This document shows, one piece after another, positions 23,690-36,759 of a stretch of DNA of 64,000 nt. The notes under the pieces are model-generated. The model was given only the letters and a program-made list of their open reading frames with translations, ran no database searches and was not told where the DNA came from. The DNA comes from Takakia lepidozioides (lineage: Eukaryota > Plantae > Bryophyta), in contig CM060731.1 of NCBI GenBank assembly GCA_030704615.1, forward strand, positions 91,512,001 through 91,576,000, read 5' to 3'. The translations under genes and the position numbers were made by a program. The number at the start of each line of letters is the position of its first letter. Position 1 is the stretch's first letter.

Positions 23690-26105
23690 GAAGCACTTTG
23701 TGGTTCTCCATACTGTGACCTGCTTTGACATTGGGGAGTCTAGCATGTGGGGAATTTAGGCTACAACAATGTGTGATGGCTTGTTGGGAAGCTACTTCAA
23801 TTCCCCAGCTGTGGGATTTTGTTTCATGCCAATTGATTGAGCACACAATTTGTTATGCCCAAAAAACAGAGCAGGACCTTCACCTACTTTGTATTTCTTC
23901 ACAGTTTGACCTTCTTTGACATGGGGGAGTGTAGCATGTGGAGAATTAAGGTCCAAACAATTTGTGAGGGCTTGTTGGGAAGCTAATTCAATTCCCCAGA
24001 TGGGGGATTTTGTTTCATTCCAATTCATTGAGCACACAATAAGTTATGCCCAAAAAACAGAGCAGGACCTTCAACTATGCTGTTTTTCTTCACAGTTTGA
24101 CCTTCTTTGACATTTTGGAGTGTAGCATGTGGAGTACTTAGGCTACAACAATTTGAGATGGCTTTTTGGAAAGCTACTTTAATTACTCAGCTGTGGAAAT
24201 TTTTTTCATTCCAATTTATTGAGCACACAATAAGTTATGCCCAAAAAACAGAGCAGGACCTTCAACTATGCTGTTTTTCTTCACAGTTTGACCTTCTTTG
24301 ACATTTTGGAGTGTAGCATGTGGAGTACTTAGGCTACAACAATTTGAGATGGCTTTTTGGAAAGCTACTTTAATTACTCAGCTGTGGAAATTTTTTTCAT
24401 TCCAATTTATTGAGTACACAATTAGTTATGCCCAAAAAACAGAGCAGGACCTTCAAGTACTTAGTTGTTCTTCACAGTTTGACCTGCTTTGACAATTGGG
24501 GTTGTAGAATGTAGAGAATTCAGCCTACAAGAATGAGTGATGGCTTGTTGGAAAGCTACTTGGATTCCACAGCTGTGGGTTGTTGTTTCATTCAAATTTA
24601 CTGAGAAAACAATAAGTTATGCCTATATGATCTTGAAGATCTTATCTTTCTCTAGAAAATATGGTCCTCCTCTGTTTTTTGGGCATACCTAGTTGAGTTC
24701 TCACTCAATTTGCATGAAACAACATGTCAAAGCAGGGGAATTGAATTATATTCCCAACAAGCCATACAAATTGTTCTAGCCTAAATTCTCCACATGCTAC
24801 ATTCCAAAATGTCAAAGAAGGTCAAACTGTGAAGAAATACAAAGTAGGTGAAGGTCCTGCTCTGGTTTTTGGGCATAACTAATTGTGTACTCAATCAATT
24901 GGCATGAAACAAAATTCCACAGCTGGGTAATTTCAGCACCTTCCCAACAAGCCATCACACATTGTTGTAGCCTAAACTCTCCACATGCTACACTCCCAAA
25001 TGTCAATGCATGTCAAACTGTGAAGAAAAACAAAGTAGGTGAAGGTCATGCTCTGTTTATTGGGCATAACTTATTTTGTGCTTGATCAATTGGAATAAAA
25101 CAAAGTGAGACAGCAGGGTAATTGAAGTACCTTCCCAAAAAGCCATCACACATTGTTGTAGCCTAAACTCTCCACATGCTACACTCCCAAATGTCAATAC
25201 ATGTCAAACAGTGAAGAAAAACAAAGTAGGTGAAGGTCATGCTCTGTTTATTGGGCATAACTTATTTTCTGCTCAATCAATTGGAATAAAACAAAGTGAG
25301 ACAGCAGGGAAATTGAAGTACCTTCCCAAAAAACCATCACACATTGTTGTAGCCTAAACTCTCCACATGCTACGCTCCAAAATGTCAAAGAAGGTCAAAC
25401 TGTGAAGAAAAACAACATAGTTGACTGTCCTGCTCTGTGTTTTGGGCATAACCTATTGTGTGCTCAATGAATTGGCATGAAACAAAATTCCGCAGCTGGG
25501 GAATTGAAGTAGCTTCCCAACAAGCCATCACACATTGTTTTGGCCTCAATTCTCCACATGCTACACTCCAAAATGTCAAAGAAGGTCAAACTGTGAAGAA
25601 AAACAACATAGTTGAAGGTCCTGCTCTGTGTTTTGGGCGTAACTTATTGTGTGCTCAATGAATTGGCATGAAAAAAAATCCCCCAGCTGGAGAATTGAAG
25701 TAGCTTCCCAACAAGCCATTCACACATTGTTGTAGCCTAAATGCTCCACATGCTACACTCCCCCATGTCAAAACATGTCAAACTGTGAAGAAAAACATAG
25801 TCCATGAAGGTCCTCCTTTGTATTCTGGGCATAACAAATTGTGTGCTCATCAATTGGGATGAAACAAAATCCCACAGCTGAGCAATTGAAGTAGCTTCCC
25901 AACAAGCCATCACACATTGTTGTAGCCTGAATGCTCCACATGCTACACTCCCCCATGTCAAAACATGTCAAACTGTGAAGAAAAACAAAGTCCATGAAGG
26001 TCCTCCTTTGTTTTCTGGGCATAACAAATTGTGTGCTCATCAATTGGCATGAAACAAAATCCCACAGCTGAGCAATTGAAGTAGCTTCACAACAAGCCAT
26101 CACAA
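23690..26105. repeat. Tandem array of a ~191-bp unit in two opposed blocks (about 5 units forward, 7 reverse; switch near 24640)
   Basis: Repeated short ORFs start at 23725, 23916, 24107 and 24298; mirrored minus-strand copies start at 25006, 25579 and 25961. Confidence 0.92.
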
Positions 26106-26137
26106 ATCCATGATTCATGGTTGCTATTCAAACTTTT

Positions 26138-27450
26138 TTATTCACGTGGGTTGTCAATCAACCATTGGGTGTACAGTTTCTCTCTCATTCTCTCGCCTCC
26201 TACTTTGGCCGCTTCACCTTCTCTTAGGATGGGCAATCTAGCTCCACCAAAACCTGCCAAATTGTCTCTAATTCCACCATTCCTTGGCTCAGGCATCCCC
26301 CACATCTGACAATAATTGTGCAAGACACAACAAGCAATTGTCACCGTACTTGCCCTATCAACCCTAGAATTCAAACATTTCAAAATGCGCCAACGATTTT
26401 TCGAAGATGCAAATGCATTTTTAATGACAACTCTCCCACTATTCATGCTAGAATCAAAACGTCACTTGTCTATTTCTTCAGGGTTTCGAGGCTTATAGTT
26501 CTTCATCAGGATGTTCGAATTGGGTAAGCAGAATCACCCATCAAGTACGGTGTGATTCTCATCCCCTGAACTGTAACCACCGGTTTCCTGTAGAATTGTT
26601 CGAGTTTTCAAATCTCTGTACAATCGTGACACCTTGAATTGACCTCCATCTGCATTCCAAAACACCTTCTCTGCATCGCACACAGCTTGCAAAACAATGC
26701 TATTGAATTTTTTGCGGTTGTAAAAATCTGCTGCCGCCAGGGTGACCCTCTTGTTCGGCTTTTCCAAGAGGAATATTGGTTCCATCGATGGCACCAACGA
26801 TGTTAGGCAATCCTGTAGTCTGCTTGAAAACATGGATAATTTCTGTTAATCGTTCACCTATCGGTATGTCAATGTACTTCCGCAAGAGACACTCGGGTGT
26901 CGTAAGAGCAGCACAAACTATGTCAATATATTTGCGTATGGTGCGTGTATTTGCGTATGGTTGACGCACCAACATTGAATCGATCCGCCATTATGGTTGG
27001 GGAAATACCATGTGCGAATCGATAGAGAACAATGGCTACAATCTTTCGGATCTCTAGTTGTGGTCTTACTTGATTTAAAGTAGTGGACTTAACAAATGGC
27101 GTAAGCTCATCAACCAAATTGTTGAAAGCCTCAAATGTCATTCTATAATTCCGCAAAAATTTCCTGTCTCTGACCTCAGGTGTAATATGCCAAACTTGTG
27201 CTTCTATCAACTCCCAATGTGTGTACTGTCTAGGCTCCTTCCACCACATGCGTGGAGGCCTTCTCTTCTTTCCACAAAGTGCCGCCAAAATTGGCAAGTA
27301 CTGATATCCGAGCTCATTCTCTCCCAAAAACTGTCTCGCCCTTGATTTGACAATCATACAATTCCATAAGCTCACAGACATAAGCATCCAGACATAAGCA
27401 TCCATGTCAAATATGACCTTGCCAATGAACAACCTCTCCATTGTTTGCAA
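26138..27450 (-). pseudogene. Harbinger DDE transposase (HARBI1-like), frameshifted
   Basis: YRMTFEAF, VGAIDGT.I, FYNRKKFNSIVLQAVCD, GDSAYP, NAF...KNRWRIL and ACCVLHNYC. Confidence 0.9.
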
Positions 27451-28679
27451 GGAAGCAAATCTATGCTACCCTCATGTGGTCTCACTCACTACTACGAGTA
27501 GTGGCGTAGTAGTGGCGTGTGTGCATTCGAGGAGAGACGTCGAGAGGAGAGAGTCGACCGAGTGCTACGGTGAATTCTTGCCCAATTTCACCCAGCGGAT
27601 GACTCGTGGGATTTCATCCGCCCATGTGCGTGGTCGAGGCGGATATCCGCCCCAATATCCGCTGGGTCCCACAGGGCTGATCCGCTGGCTGATCAGCCCT
27701 GGCCGCCCCCTCATGTGCGTAGTACTACTATGAGCCGAAATTTACCGCTCTTCGTAAATTTCCCCAGACAGGTCCCCAGACCAAAGAGCTTCTCTCGTCC
27801 AACATTAGTTGCCCGCTTCACGAGACCCTCGCTCACACAGTAGACGCGCAGCTTGTGAAGACGAAAGCAATAACCCCCAGGAGTCCATCAGGGCCTTCAT
27901 GAGCGGGGCGCTCAATCAAGTGCCGCAGGTTACTGCCCACAAATTTGTGCAGCTTTTCCAGCACTTGTGTCGTCTCTGCCTCGTCCAGGGGACGCATGCT
28001 GCTCTGATAATCGGTAGAAGAGGCTGTTGGGATTCTGCTATTCTCCTCTTATTTGCCCTAGATCTGGCCTCACCTTTGTATTGTAATCATGGATGTAGAT
28101 GTAAAAGTGTTACTCTATGAGTCACGATAGACGCAGAGATTACGTTCTTTTAATGGAAACCTAGGTTGACTAGTGGTGTCGTGATGCTGCGGGTAATATG
28201 TATTCGCGGCCAGGTCCCACGAAGCGCAAGGGACGAGAAGAGGAGAATAAGCTGTTTGAATATTTTATTACCTACGTGAGTCTTTGGTGCAAACTTCCTG
28301 GCATTTTCGCAGGTGGGTTTCTTCAAGCATTCTACAGAACTTGCAACTTGAAGCGATTTGGGACTCTGTGGATCTGTGCCAAATGTCTCTGATGACATAC
28401 TCTGTCCCTGATGCTAGAGGCAATTGCTGTGGATGCAATGGCAGTCTTAGAATGGCACAACCTTGTCATCAGGCTTGGCTCATCCGTGTAGTGTTCACTT
28501 GGATAGCAACAATCACAGAACGAATTTCTGACAAATAGGGGCATTCTAGTGTAGTCGTACACGTAACCCACGGAAGGTCCACACTTGGACCCGATAGAAG
28601 AGAGACGATGAGCCTGTAGAAGGATTCCTAACTACGTAGGTATAAGAAGATGAACATTTGGTAGTTGAAAGGTGTTCCA

Positions 28680-31616
28680 ATGGGTTGCACATGGTCAGGG
28701 TTGAATGCTCTCTACTGGGCAGTCGGCAGCGGGGCGGATGTGTGGGTCAACGAGAGATGCTTTCGAATTCAGAGGCAGCTTGCAGGGGAGGGAGGGTTTG
28801 CATTTGTGTATTTGGTGCAAGAACAACCCGGCGAGCAACCGTGGAAGGAGCCAAAAGACCAATCTCATGTATCTGGTGCACTCACACGCACAATTCCCCC
28901 TTTTGCGTGGTTAAGAGTTTTCCCAAACGTTGAAGAAATTCTTTCGAAGCCCTTTCCCTACTCCCGTCTTGATCTGATGGATGTAGTCTCCTTCTTCTTC
29001 TTTGTGTGAAACACTCTGTTTCCAGACGGAGGAAGGATGAATAAGGAAACAGGTAAGGGCTGGGGGGAAAAGAGAGAAGACGGAGGTGAGAATGTGTGTG
29101 CCGATCCGATAACTCTGCCTAGCAGATCTGGTGTGCATGTGTACTGAATATGTAATCCGAATCCATCCCTTTGAATTTTTTTGTCAGGGTCACCTTTTAT
29201 AAATATCTAGATTGAACTCGGCAGGAAATCTTCATGTTTGTGGTTGCGCTTACCTTGCTTTTTGTTACATATGAGGGATGAGATTGGGCCACATTCCCCA
29301 ATCTGGGCTGGCCTGCGGCCTTCATTATGCTCAGAAACATCAAATAGGTAGATGCTGTGTCTTATGCATCATTTCAATTGAGTTCAACAGTACCCCATAG
29401 TCAAATGTAGCTCCTTTTAAATGCTGTCATAATTGGGTTGTGCTGTGTACAGAGGATGGAATGTATGCACTGAAGAAGGTGCTTATCCAGACGGATGAAC
29501 AACTTGAGCTGGTGAAGCAGGAGATTCATGTGTCATCTCTGTTCAATCACCCTAACTTGCTCCCACTTCTTGACCACTCAATCATTGCTGTCAAGGTATC
29601 TATTAATTACAAAGGTCTGTGAGTAAATCCTAAAGAGTACCAGGAGGAGGGGTTGCTTTGTTGGGGTGGATGGGGCTCAGGGCTGGTATTGCAATCAACT
29701 CCACAAGTTATGAAAGTGACATGGGAGATGAAGCAGGGGTCGCAGGAGGGAACGTGGAACCAGGAGGCATACCTGCTGTTTCCTGTACAAATGGATGGGA
29801 CACTGCTTGACCATCTCCTTAGAATGCAATCCAACAAGGAGTTCTTCCCCACCATCACTGTCCTCCATATCTTTCAGCGGGTGATGTTTTCCTTGCCAGT
29901 TCCCTGGACATCCATACTTAGCTATGGGCATGTACAGATATGTGGAAGAGTCCACGTGTTGTGACTCTGCTCAGGCCTATGTCTTGTACTGGAAGGATCT
30001 GATGTTTGGGTTTGTCTGTTTTTGTAATACTTCCATTGTAGAATCGACTAGAGGCTGTTTACATTGGAGGCCTGATGTTTCCTCGAACAACTTGAGGTTG
30101 AAATAGGAAACCAGCCTGGGTATACATTCCACTGTGTCTAGATGCAGAGAAGGCTGGTCCTCCAACCATCCTTGGGGATTAGGCATGCATACTTGACAAC
30201 ACTGCAGCACTGGTCAACATGTTCACGCTTCTGAAAATTCCTAGTGGTTGTAGGGATTCTAAGTCAATAACAAGGTCACCTCCATTATGTTTTCTTTCTT
30301 TGAATGCATAAGTAGTTTGCCGGTTTTGTCTGCTTATCAATTTGATTATTGCACAGTTGATTGGACAAGTATCAGGTTAGAAGAGGCTCAACTCTTGGCC
30401 AACCAGCATTGCAGGGGGTGGTCTTGCCCCAACAACAGGAAGGAGCTATTTGTCCATTTCCTCTTCCTTCTTTGATAGGATCACAGGCTCAGAATCAATG
30501 GACTGGGATTCATTCTGTATGGGGGTTCCTGACATCACATTGCCTCACCAGGCAAGGCTTTGTTGCAGGAATTCTAGGGCTCCAAAAGTGGCCAGTTAGT
30601 TGGGAGGTCCAGGTGGAAAGAGATCCCCATGACAGGTTTTTGGGCATTCGTGGATGGGGACAGGTTCCCAATCTTTACGCACCATTCAACAGTGGGTTTT
30701 AAGTTAATTCTTGTGTTATGTTGGTCATGGATGTCAACTGAGTTAGCTAATTATGGTTTTAACAGATTTGCGCAGGGTTAAAACACATGTACACACAACC
30801 CCCCTTATGCTCACAATGATATGAAACCTGGGAATGTGCTGCTGTGCCTTCGTCCCAACCAGTCTCCAAAGGCAGTGATCATGGACTTCGGCAGCTCTTT
30901 GCCTGCCCGGAAGCAAGTGCGATCTCGTGCAGAGGCCCTCACGTTGCAGGTACACTTGTTCGTGTCGCTTTATATGGAAGCTATCTTGGGGCAGCAGGAA
31001 CATAGACATGAGTGAGGGAAGCATTCTACTGTGCATCTGGCAAAAGTTAACGCAGTCTGCTCCAGCAATCAAATAGTCAAATTTATGCATGTTGTCTTTG
31101 GGTGGCTACGTCACAGGAGTGGGCAGTGCAGCATTGCTCAGCCCCCTACAGGGCACATGACCTGTGGGACTGCCCAAGCCACACTGACATTGATGAACGC
31201 ACCGATATTTGGTCACTTGGATGCACACTCTATGCCATTATGTAAGTGCATCCTGTCCTCCCTTCTCCCCAGAGTCTTGCACATTATTGCGAGAAGTTTC
31301 AGTCTCAATTGTTAATCACTAACTTTCTTCCATTTACAAGTTAGCTTGTGTGGGTCTCAGGTACTGTGTGTCGCCATTTCAGGATTCACTAGGAGAGTCC
31401 GGTGGAAGTTTGCAACTTGCAGCCATGAGTGGGCAAGTAAAGTGGCCACATGGGCCAAATCCACCATATCCAGAAATTCTGCACCAGTTTGTGATGTGGA
31501 TGCTTCAACCTCAAGTCACAATACGTCCTAGTATCGATGACATTTGTATTCATGTGGATAAACTCCTTGCCAAGTTTGGTACTGGAGCTCAAGGGCTCTG
31601 GCCATTGAAGGTATAA
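28680..31616 (+). pseudogene. STK16/NAK-like Ser/Thr kinase; exons 28680-28875, 29453-29595, 29737-29880, 30766-30949, 31117-31241, 31361-31616; probably non-functional
   Basis: N-terminal MGC, GEGGFAFV, YALKK, HND.KPGN, MDFGS and DIWSLGC; frameshift near 30795; APE replaced by AHD. Confidence 0.85.
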
Positions 31617-32648
31617 TTGTAACTCGGTGTTTCCATTCTTGGGCTCTCTTTCTCTAGGATATGAAGAACAAAAATGTGTGCTTTGGGGCAAAAGCTTGGG
31701 TGTGGGTCCCAGCACAGAGACAACGATGTTGAGCTATGAGGGTTTCATGCCACTGGGAAAGTGTGGATTTTGGAGTGGTGGAGATGGGGGATTGATCTCA
31801 ACAAATATTAATAGTATTAAAATGTTGTAGAATGCCATAAATGGTTTAAATGAAGTAGACAACATTGTGATTCTTTCTTATCGGAGGCAAATTGCCAATA
31901 CTGTTAGTTATAAAAATGATAGGAGAGGAGCCCTCTGAAAATCTCTCATCCCCCTCTTTCCGTGTTCCATCCAAACTCAGCTAATCCTACTTTCATGCCC
32001 TGCTTGGGAATGACCTCAATAAGGATAGTAATGGCAGTCTTTGCAGAGCAAAGCAAGATTCTAACTTCACTAAACACTTTGGGGTACAAACCAGTCCACA
32101 CAAAACGGTAATACCAGAGTTCAGATGAACTCCCTCATACTCCTTATCATCCTACATGAAGAAGCTCCCCTTGTCAAGGTTACTGTCCCACCGTTGTGAA
32201 GGATCTTTAAAGAACTCCTACCAGTGCTGTTCCATGCTCCAGCTTTAACCTACACACCAGAAGACCAATTATGGGCCTTGTCTCCCGAACTTGTGTGCGT
32301 TTTCTTGCTTCTTTGCCTCTAGCACACCCTTGCAAAGAGACAATTCTGAGCCTAGATCCAACGGTGTGTAAATGAAGAGGGCTCCTCAAAGAAGGCGGCA
32401 ATTATAGTCTCTTCATCCCCAAGGACTACTGACTATGTTGGATGGTGGACACTTTGAACCCTAGATCACCTAGGTTATGCACAAACACCAAACCACTCGG
32501 CTACCTACTCTTGTGCTTGATGGCGTGCCATACAACATAGCGACCCCAAAAAAGGAGTAGGGCTTCGCATTGCTCCGCACTACTAGCGACGAATTCTGAG
32601 AACTACATTCAATTTACGCACATAGAAGCTATGATTGTGTTGTACCTC

Positions 32649-34390
32649 TGTGAAGCCTTAAAACAAGCTTGAAGCATATACTCCTTTCCTCTCAAGAAGC
32701 AAGGTTTCACAACAAAGGGGCGAGCGGAAAGAGCAAGCAACGTGCGAGAGGAGGATCAAAAACATGGTTCTGACACAGCAGCTCTCATCCAAAGCTTGTA
32801 CACCAAAATCACATATATACTAAACACCCGAGTATACCGCCCTGACCTTGTGTCAAGGCGCCGTCTTTATACCAAAGCCCTAGCTTTACTAGCCCGCCGC
32901 GTGGCGAGGCGTCACAAGCCAAAGCCCATGGCGCCGCCTTGTAGCCCTAGATCTGATGAAGGGCCAGGATGTCGCCACCAGCCACCCTAAACTAGATATC
33001 ATTGTAACCATTTAACGGCTTTATACGCCAAAATTTATACTATGGATGTGTATTGCCGTTTGGATGAAACGGGTCATTTCTAGGCTAAGCAAATATGAGG
33101 CTTTACATCTATGAAGCCTACCCCCCACGAAAAATCTTGAGCTCCGCGAATGAAACAAATAATAGGGAAATATCACCCTCCACTGCTGGGTGAAAAACCT
33201 ACCAAGGGAAAACCTGGCACCTACAAGTTGGGCTGAGGACAAAACCCTTGGCTAGGAAAACCGTGCAGGGAGTACAAATGGTGATATACCATGAAACTAA
33301 AATGTTTCTAAGTCCTAGAGAGGTCAAGTCCGAGGACCCCAAGAGTCACTATCCGCAAACTAAGACTAAGCCGCTGAGAAGAGAAGAGGATCAAGCTGAA
33401 GTAGATCGGCTAAGAAGATCAAGACATCACCCCACCGTGCGCCCCTCCACATTAATACATGTAAGATCAAAAACTAGCTTGGAATGCACCAAGCCCGTCA
33501 AGGAAACAGGTTCATTCCGTACTTCAGTATTAGAGCCTTGTGGAAGAAGGAGAGCACGTCGCCCACGTAAAAGCTGATAGATCAAGTATGGACCGTCGAT
33601 CTTGAGCTTAGATTTGCATGCATGCTTGCTATGTTGTAGTCGAACGCACACAGTTTGTCCCACCTGAAATAGGTTAGAATACTTGACACGCTTGTTAAAT
33701 TTACGGGCCTGGGTTAGCTGAGCCTTACCAATGTTCGTTTTGGCATCATGGATAGACACCGCATGCTGAGCATGAAGATCCTCAACAACGGTATCAAGAT
33801 CAACCGGATCAGCAACAGTAGAAATAAGAGGAGTAGAATGCAAAGGAGAAACACACTTGCGACCATACAACAACTCAAAAGGAGTCTTCTTGGTGCTAGC
33901 ATGCACGGCGGTGCGATAAGCAAAGAGAATAGGGGGAAGAAAGGTATCCCACTCCCTGGTAAGTGCGCAATTCTTCTCCAACATTCGGCAAAGAGTTTGG
34001 TTGAAGCGTTCCGTGAGGCCATTGGTCTGGGGATGGTATGGGGCTATGGTCACTTAGTCAAGTAGTCGGTAGCAACACAAAGGTAGCTTCGACCCTTTGA
34101 TGTGAGTGCGAGGGGTCCTACTAAGTCAATGCCAACACGAGCAAAAGCATGGGTGACAGGCAAAGGCTGCAGCTCATACAAGATCCGGGCCCTAGGGAGA
34201 GCAATGTTAGCACGACAACCTTCACACTTAGAGATGAATTTTGTGACGTCTCGGTGAATTCCCAGCCAATAGTATACCTCTTGGATGCGGGCCACAATTT
34301 TCTTGATACCAAGGTGACCTGCATACAAGGAACAATGGAAACGCTCCAATAAAGCATTCAGCTAGCTCCGTGGTGGCACCTCCAAGTAGC
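32649..34390 (-). mobile_element. Ty3/Gypsy remnant of the same family as 19830-21728; LTR 32649-33107
   Basis: Integrase zinc-finger and core fragments; LTR bounded by TGTAAAGCC...GGCTTCACA on the minus strand. Confidence 0.85.
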
Positions 34391-34939
34391 ATGGCACTCC
34401 CCCTCTAGTGAGCTCCTTGAAAAGTTTATCACCCATGAAACGGTGAGTAGACACATGATAGAGAATTTGTTTACGCAAGGACTCGGAAAGGCCAACTGAC
34501 GAACGCCCTGATTGGCATTGCTAGAGTAGCGCAGTATGTAGCTGATCATCCATGACTGCACTACACATAAGAGGTAGACAATGGGTTTTAGAGAAGGTGG
34601 TCTGGAGTGCCTGCACCTATGATCTCCAGCCAGGGATACCTTCACCTCATTTGTTACTACTCATGGATAGCCAAATCAGGCCTTGAGGCTCAAGCCAATA
34701 GTCACACCGGAGTACAGCAGCCGAATCACAACAAACTCAGGGGCCTAAGAAAGAGAAGAGCTGAAACACAACAAGGAACATCCACCAAACCATCCGAATT
34801 CTCTCTAGGCGATAGATCCACCACACATACTAACACACGAATAAATCAACCAGGATCATCAAGAAGACTAGACCAGCCCCAAGCAGCCAATATGCCATGT
34901 GAATCCAAGGCCAAGGGATCAGCACAAAGAAGGTGCTCC

Positions 34940-36432
34940 AAAGCATCCCATGCTTGGTAAATCCTGCCAACATTATATTCCACGTGATCAAAGATCGCTG
35001 AGGCATTCTGTTGAACACTTGGTGAGCATCCATGATGCTCCCGCACTCAACATATATATTGACAAGGGTGTTGAGTAGAAAAACATTTGGTGTGAATCCA
35101 CTTTGGATAATGTGGCCCCTTAGGCTCCTGCTAGGGCTTGAAGAGCTGCCACGTAGTTGTCAGGGCAAGGCTTCATTGAGGACATTGCTGGTTATAGAGG
35201 ACTTTGGTATCCCCACCCATGGCCTCCAAGCTTGTCAGTATCAGTATAAAAGATTGGAGGATTGGGAAGAGAAGATTATACAGAGTAGGTGCTATGCTTG
35301 CAAATGGACGGAATATGAAATCACTCTCCAGCACACCCTTGAACGTCAGAGGTATCAAATAAGTCTTCCCTATCAGAAAACAAACTCCAGACTGTGTTGG
35401 TTGTGACCACGAAGTCTTGGTCAGTAAGAGACTCTGCATAGATCACCTTGCCCACGCACTGCAAACGCACACAAACGCGATGTGGTCGGGCTTCACCCCT
35501 TCCCCCATCATTTGCTCATAGGTCTCCAACGCCTTCATCCCGTGCCCCTGCTGTGCATACCCTACAAGCATCGCGTTCCACGACACCACATCTCGTTCAG
35601 CCAGAGCGTTGAAAACTCCCTTCGCATCCTTAATGCACCGCATTTGGCAAACATGTCTACCAGGGCAGTGTTCAGGATCACATCTGGTACAATTCCAGCT
35701 TTGACGATGTCACCATGCACCTCTTTGCCCTTTTCCAGGGCTGCTAGGCTTGCACACGCAATGCAAACACAAACAAACGCGATGTGGTCGGGCTTCACCC
35801 CTTCCCCCATCATTTGCTCATAGGTCTCCAATGTTTTCAAATTGATTAAGATGGACATCTGGATCAGATTTCCCATCATATAAAGGAAATGGTGGTCTGG
35901 TTTTGCTTGCTGCTAAAGCCATCGGTGCAGTTGGTGCAACTGGTGCTGCTGGTGCAACTGGTTGTCCAAACTGGGATGGTCCCGCTGCTGCTGGCTGTGG
36001 TGGTGTTGGTGTTTGTCTTCCAAACAGTGATTCAAAGCTAGGAGGTCCTTGTCCCAATGATAGTCGTCTTCCAGCTGCTGTCCCTACTAAGCTTAATGAA
36101 TATTTAAAAGCTTTGAGTGCAGTTCTGGTTATCCTTTCTGGAGAAGTGCTTTCACTTCTTTCACCTTCTTCCATCCCGTGCCCCTGCTGTGCATACCTGC
36201 ACGCATCGCGTTCCATGACACCACATCTCATTCAGCCAGAGTGTGGAAAATTCCCTTCGCATCCTGAATGCACCGTACATTTGGCAAACATGTCCACCAG
36301 AGCAGTGTTCAGGATGACATCTGGTACAATTCCAGCTTTGATGATGTCACCATGGCCCTCTTCCCCCTTTCCCAGAGCTCCCAAGCTTGCACACGCATTG
36401 CAAACACAAACAAATGTGATGTGGTTGGGCTT
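34940..36432 (-). pseudogene. PLS-class PPR fragments
   Basis: Very similar in nucleotide sequence to the repeats at 16100-18150. Confidence 0.85.
35831..36169 (-). mobile_element. Retrotransposon gag fragment inserted in a PPR repeat
   Basis: PPFPLYDGKSDPDVHLNQFE; PPR sequence resumes on both sides. Confidence 0.55.
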
Positions 36433-36759
36433 CATGTGCCGGTGCCTGGGAATCCTACAGAGGGGCTTTGCAAACCAGAAGCTCAGCTTGGGTGAAGTGT
36501 AAGTTGAGTGAAGAGGCTGAAAATGATGTGGGTGAAGAGATGATAATATCAAGCCATGGGGATGGAAGGGCATCCAGCAGCCTTTTAGAAGACAAAAATT
36601 ATAGGGACTAGGCTGGCTTCAAAGACCAATACATTCTAGCATCGTAACTCCAATTTAATACATGACATGAAGGGGTTCCCCTTTCACAACCCACAAAACT
36701 AAGGATCATAGAATTTGTTCCTAAACCCTAAACCTCTAGCCCTCATCCTCTTGAAATTT

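Larger units (their letters stand above)
22402..27726. mobile_element. PIF/Harbinger DNA transposon, 5325 bp
   Basis: TIRs AGTCTTGCGCACATGA / TCATGTGCGTAGTACT, 3-bp TSD ACT (22399-22401 and 27727-27729), Myb/trihelix and DDE genes. Confidence 0.93.
22233..27997 (-). pseudogene. NIP7: NIP7 (60S ribosome biogenesis) pseudogene split by a Harbinger element; pieces 27997-27727 and 22401-22233
   Basis: MRPLDEAETTQVLEKLHKFVG...YCFRLHK...[13 protein letters not shown] continues across the insertion as [39 protein letters not shown]; one frameshift; 3' end missing. Confidence 0.9.

Noticed and set aside
23725-26118. Family of 64-aa peptide genes
   Set aside because: By-product of the 191-bp tandem unit; starts are largely non-ATG and stops differ among units.
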